Source of the DNA: Squalus acanthias
Lineage: Eukaryota
Assembly: GCA_030390025.1 (NCBI GenBank)
Contig: JASTWF010000033.1
Span: 1,366,001 to 1,430,000, forward strand
Length of the DNA stretch: 64,000 bases
Direction of reading: 5' to 3'
Position numbers and translations under genes: made by a program. The notes beneath the pieces are model-generated. The model was not told the origin of the DNA and did not search any database. It saw only the letters and a program-made list of their open reading frames with translations. This document shows, one piece after another, positions 58,201-64,000 of the stretch; positions within the stretch are counted from its first letter, which is position 1; each line of letters starts with the position of its first letter.

Positions 58201-61200
58201 AATCTCTCATCATAGGACAGCCCTCTCATCCCAGGTATCAATCCAGAGAGTACAGGCCCAGCCTACTCAATCTCTCATCATAGGACAGCCCTCTCATCCC
58301 AGGTATCAATCCAGTGAGTAGAGGCCCAGCCTACTCAATCTCTCATCATAGGACAGCCCGCTCATCCCAGGTATCAATCCAGTGAGTACAGGCCCAGCCT
58401 ACTCAATCTCTCATCATAGGACAGCCCTCTCATCCCAGGTATCAACCAGAGAGTACAGGCCCAGCCTACTCAATCTCTCATCATAGGACAGCCCTCTCAT
58501 CCCAGGTATCAATCCAGTGAGTACAGGCCCAGCCTACTCAATCTCTCATCATAGGACAGCCCTCTCATCCCAGGTATCAACCCAGAGAGTACAGGCCCAG
58601 CCTACTCAATCTCTCATCATAGGACAGCCCTCTCATCCCAGGTATCAATCCAGTGAGTACAGGCCCAGCCTACTCAATCTCTCATCATAGGACAGCCCGC
58701 TCATCCCAGGTATCAATCCAGAGAGTACAGGCCCAGCCTACTCAATCTCTCATCATAGGACAGCCCGCTCATCCCAGGTATCAATCCAGAGAGTACAGGC
58801 CCAGCCTACTCAATCTCTCATCATAGGACAGCCCTCTCATCCCAGGTATCAATCCAGTGAGTACAGGCCCAGCCTACTCAATCTCTCATCATAGGACAGC
58901 CCGCTCATCCCAGGTATCAATCCAGTGAGTACAGGCCCAGCCTACTCAATCTCTCATCATAGGACAGCCCTCTCATCCCAGGTATCAATCCAGTGAGTAC
59001 AGGCGCAGCCTACTCAATCTCTCATCATAGGACAGCCCTCTCATCCCAGGTATCAATCCAGAGAGTACAGGCCCAGCCTACTCAATCTCTCATCATAGGA
59101 CAGCCCTCACATCCCAGGTATCAATCCAGTGAGTACAGGCCCAGCCTACTCAATCTCTCATCATAGGACAGCCCGCTCATCCCAGGTATCAATCCAGAGA
59201 GTACAGGCCCAGCCTACTCAATCTCTCATCATAGGACAGCCCTCTCATCCCAGGTATCAATCCAGAGAGTACAGGCCCAGCCTACTCAATCTCTCATCAT
59301 AGGACAGCCCGCTCATCCCAGGTATCAATCCAGTGAGTACAGGCCCAGCCTACTCAATCTCTCATCATAGGACAGCCCTCTCATCCCAGGTATCAATCCA
59401 GAGAGTAGAGGCCCAGCCTACTCAATCTCTCATCATAGGACAGCCCGCTCATCCCAGGTATCAATCCAGTGAGTACAGGCCCAGCCTACTCAATCTCTCA
59501 TCATAGGACAGCCCTCTCATCCCAGGTATCAATCCAGAGAGTAGAGGCCCAGCCTACTCAATCTCTCATCATAGGACAGCCCGCTCATCCCAGGTATCAA
59601 TCCAGAGAGTACAGGCCCAGCCTACTCAATCTCTCATCATAGGACAGCCCTCTCATCCCAGGTATCAATCCAGAGAGTACAGGCCCAGCCTACTCAATCT
59701 CTCATCATAGGACAGCCCGCTCATCCAGGTATCAATCCAGAGAGTACAGGCCCAGCCTACTCAATCTCTCATCATAGGACAGCCCTCTCATCCAGGTATC
59801 AATCCAGAGAGTACAGGCCCAGCCTACTCAATCTCTCATCATAGGACAGCCCGCTCATCCCAGGTATCAATCCAGAGAGTACAGGCCCAGCCTACTCAAT
59901 CTCTCATCATAGGACAGCCCTCTCATCCCAGGTATCAATCCAGAGAGTACAGGCCCAGCCTACTCAATCTCTCATCATAGGACAGCCCTCTCATCCCAGG
60001 TATCAATCCAGAGAGTACAGGCCCAGCCTACTCAATCTCTCATCATAGGACAGCCCGCTCATCCCAGGTATCAATCCAGAGAGTACAGGCCCAGCCTACT
60101 CAATCTCTCATCATAGGACAGCCCTCTCATCCCAGGTATCAATCCAGAGAGTACAGGCCCAGCCTACTCAATCTCTCATCATAGGACAGCCCTCTCATCC
60201 CAGGTATCAATCCAGTGAGTAGAGGCCCAGCCTACTCAATCTCTCATCATAGGACAGCCCTCTCATCCCAGGTATCAATCCAGTGAGTACAGGCCCAGCC
60301 TACTCAATCTCTCATCATAGGACAGCCCGCTCATCCCAGGTATCAATCCAGAGAGTACAGGCCCAGCCTACTCAATCTCTCATCATAGGACAGCCCTCTC
60401 ATCCCAGGTATCAATCCAGAGAGTACAGGCCCAGCCTACTCAATCTCTCATCATAGGACAGCCCTCTCATCCCAGGTATCAATCCAGTGAGTAGAGGCCC
60501 AGCCTACTCAATCTCTCATCATAGGACAGCCCTCTCATCCCAGGTATCAATCCAGTGAGTACAGGCCCAGCCTACTCAATCTCTCATCATATGACAGCCC
60601 TCTCATCCCAGGTATCAATCCAGTGAGTACAGGCCCAGCCTACTCAATCTCTCATCATAGGACAGCCCTCTCATCCAGGTATCAATCCAGTGAGTACAGG
60701 CCCAGCCTACTCAATCTCTCATCATAGGACAGCCCTCTCATCCAGGTATCAATCCAGAGAGTACAGGCCCAGCCTACTCAATCTCTCATCATAGGACATG
60801 CCCTCTCATCCCAGGTATCAATCCAGTGAGTACAGGCCCAGCCTACTCAATCTCTCATCATAGGACAGCCCTCTCATCCCAGTATCAATCCAGTGAGTAC
60901 AGCCCAGCCTACTCAATCTCTCATCATAGGACAGCCTCTCATCCCAGTTATCAATCCAGAGAGTAGAGGCCCAGCCTACTCAATCTCTCATCATAGGACA
61001 GCCCTCTCATCCCAGGTATCAATTCCAGTGAGTACAGGCCCAGCCTACTCAATCTCTCATCATAGGACAGCCCGCTCATCCAGGTATCAATCCAGTGAGT
61101 ACAGGCCCAGCCTACTCAATCTCTCATCATAGGACAGCCCTCTCATCCCAGGTATCAATCCAGAGAGTACAGGCCCAGCCTACTCAATCTCTCATCATAG

Positions 61201-64000
61201 GACAGCCCTCTCATCCCAGGTATCAATCCAGAGAGTACAGGCCCAGCCTACTCAATCTCTCATCATAGGACAGCCCTCTCATCCCAGGTATCAATCCAGA
61301 GAGTACAGGCCCAGCCTACTCAATCTCTCATCATAGGACAGCCCTCTCATCCCAGGTATCAATCCAGTGAGTACAGGCCCAGCCTACTCAATCTCTCATC
61401 ATAGGACAGCCCGCTCATCCCAGGTATCAATCCAGAGAGTACAGGCCCAGCCTACTCAATCTCTCATCATAGGACAGCCCGCTCATCCCAGGTATCAATC
61501 CAGTGAGTACAGGCCCAGCCTACTCAATCTCTCATCATAGGACAGCCCTCTCATCCCAGGTATCAATCCAGAGAGTACAGGCCCAGCCTACTCAATCTCT
61601 CATCATAGGACAGCCCTCTCATCCCAGGTATCAATCCAGTGAGTACAGGCCCAGCCTACTCAATCTCTCATCATAGGACAGCCCGCTCATCCCAGGTATC
61701 AATCCAGTGAGTACAGGCCCAGCCTACTCAATCTCTCATCATAGGACAGCCCTCTCATCCCAGGTATCAATCCAGTGAGTACAGGCCCAGCCTACTCAAT
61801 CTCTCATCATAGGACAGCCCTCTCATCCCAGGTATCAATCCAGTGAGTACAGGCCCAGCCTACTCAATCTCTCATCATAGGACAGCCCTCTCATTCCCAG
61901 GTATCAATCCAGTGAGTACAGGCCCAGCCTACTCAATCTCTCATCATAGGACAGCCCGCTCATCCCAGGTATCAATCCAGTGAGTACAGGCCCAGCCTAC
62001 TCAATCTCTCATCATAGGACAGCCCTCACATCCCAGGTATCAATCCAGTGAGTACAGGCCCAGCCTACTCAATCTCTCATTCATAGGACAGCCCGCTCAT
62101 CCCAGGTATCAATCCAGTGAGTACAGGCCCAGCCTACTCAATCTCTCATCATAGGACAGCCCTCTCATCCCAGGTATCAATCCAGTGAGTACAGGCCCAG
62201 CCTACTCAATCTCTCATCATAGGACAGCCCTCTCATCCCAGGTATCAATCCAGTGAGTACAGGCCCAGCCTACTCAATCTCTCATCATAGGACAGCCCTC
62301 TCATCCCAGGTATCAATCCAGTGAGTACAGGCCCAGCCTACTCAATCTCTCATCATAGGACAGCCCGCTCATCCCAGGTATCAATCCAGTGAGTAGAGGC
62401 CCAGCCTACTCAATCTCTCATCATAGGACAGCCCTCTCATCCCAGGTATCAATCCAGAGAGTACAGGCCCAGCCTACTCAATCTCTCATCATAGGACAAG
62501 CCCTCTCATCCCAGGTATCAATCCAGTGAGTACAGGCCCAGCCTACTCAATCTCTCATCATAGGACAGCCCGCTCATCCCAGGTATCAATCCAGTGAGTA
62601 CAGGCCCAGCCTACTCAATCTCTCATCATAGGACAGCCCTCTCATCCCAGGTATCAATCCAGTGAGTACAGGCCCAGCCTACTCAATCTCTCATCATAGG
62701 ACAGCCCGCTCATCCCAGGTATCAATCCAGTGAGTACAGGCCCAGCCTACTCAATCTCTCATCATAGGACAGCCCGCTCATCCCAGGTATCAATCCAGTG
62801 AGTACAGGCCCAGCCTACTCAATCTCTCATCATAGGACAGCCCGCTCATCCCAGGTATCAATCCAGTGAGTACAGGCCCAGCCTACTCAATCTCTCATCA
62901 TAGGACAGCCCTCTCATCCCAGGTATCAATCCAGTGAGTACAGGCCCAGCCTACTCAATCTCTCATCATAGGACAGCCCTCTCATCCCAGGTATCAATCC
63001 AGTGAGTACAGGCCCAGCCTACTCAATCACTCATCATAGGACAGCCCTCTCATCCCAGGTATCAATCCAGTGAGTACAGGCCCAGCCTACTCAATCTCTC
63101 ATCATAGGACAGCCCTCTCATCCCAGGTATCAATCCAGTGAGTACAGGCCCAGCCTACTCAATCTCTCATCATAGGACAGCCCTCTCATCCCAGGTATCA
63201 ATCCAGTGAGTACAGGCCCAGCCTACTCAATCTCTCATCAAAGGACAGCCCTCTCATCCCAGGTATCAATCCAGTGAGTACAGGCCCAGCCTACTCAATC
63301 TCTCATCATAGGACAGCCCTCTCATCCCAGGTATCAATCCAGTGAGTACAGGCCCAGCCTACTCAATCTCTCATCATAGGACAGCCCGCTCATCCCAGGT
63401 ATCAATCCAGTGAGTAGAGGCCCAGCCTACTCAATCTCTCATCATAGACAGCTCCTCTCATCCCAGGTATCAATCCAGTGAGTACAGGCCCAGCCTACTC
63501 AATCTCTCATCATAGACAGCCCTCTCATCCCAGGTATCAATCCAGTGAGTACAGGCCCAGCCACTCAATCTCTCATCATAGGACAGCCCTCTCATCCCAG
63601 GTATCAATCCAGTGAGTACAGGCCCAGCCTACTCAATCTCTCATCATAGGACAGCCGCTCATCCCAGGTATCAATCCAGTGAGTACAGGCCCAGCCTACT
63701 CAATCTCTCATCATAGGACAGCCCTCTCATCCCAGGTATCAATCCAGTGAGTACAGGCCCAGCCTACTCAATCTCTCATCATAGGACAGCCCTCTCATCC
63801 CAGGTATCAATCCAGTGAGTACAGGCCCAGCCTACTCAATCTCTCATCATAGGACAGCCCTCTCATCCCAGGTATCAATCCAGAGAGTACAGGCCCAGCC
63901 TACTCAATCTCTCATCATAGGACAGCCCTCTCATCCCAGGTATCAATCCAGAGAGTACAGGGCCCAGCCTACTCAATCTCTCATCATAGGACAGCCCTCT
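55253..64000. repeat. Homogeneous 68-bp satellite derived from CR1 ORF2, >8.7 kb (~128 copies), running off the window end
   Basis: Unit ccagtgagtacaggcccagcctactcaatctctcatcataggacagccctctcatcccaggtatcaat; the minus strand translates LIPGMRGLSYDERLSRLGLYSL. Confidence 0.97.

Overview
Repeat-dense vertebrate genomic DNA. A cartilaginous fish is inferred from the CR1/Penelope families and the two-exon GPR139-like receptor. (1) A decayed minus-strand endogenous retrovirus-like provirus spans 4197-20994. It has an 18-nt tRNA-Arg(TCG) PBS, a coiled-coil plus CCHC gag, an in-frame TGA between gag and pol, and PR-RT-tether-RNase H-IN(GPY/F). Its env-like ORF has an F-protein-like furin/TM layout and an apparent Ig-like domain. 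A PPT and a ~1 kb 3' LTR complete it. The architecture resembles lokiretroviruses (inference). (2) Inside its pol is a CR1 LINE, and inside that is a full-length 4.6 kb PIF/Harbinger transposon with TIRs, an ATT TSD, an intact transposase and a three-exon Myb/SANT gene carrying one frameshift. A related 762-bp non-autonomous element lies at 134-895. (3) The only host gene is an apparently intact two-exon GPR139-like GPCR (40758-40692 + 33975-32990, 350 aa). (4) The rest is many CR1 fragments, Penelope and L2 fragments, and several tandem arrays: 56, 29 (G-rich), 59/65, 18-19, 84 and 89 bp. A very homogeneous 68-bp satellite (55253-64000) visibly derives from CR1 ORF2 coding sequence.
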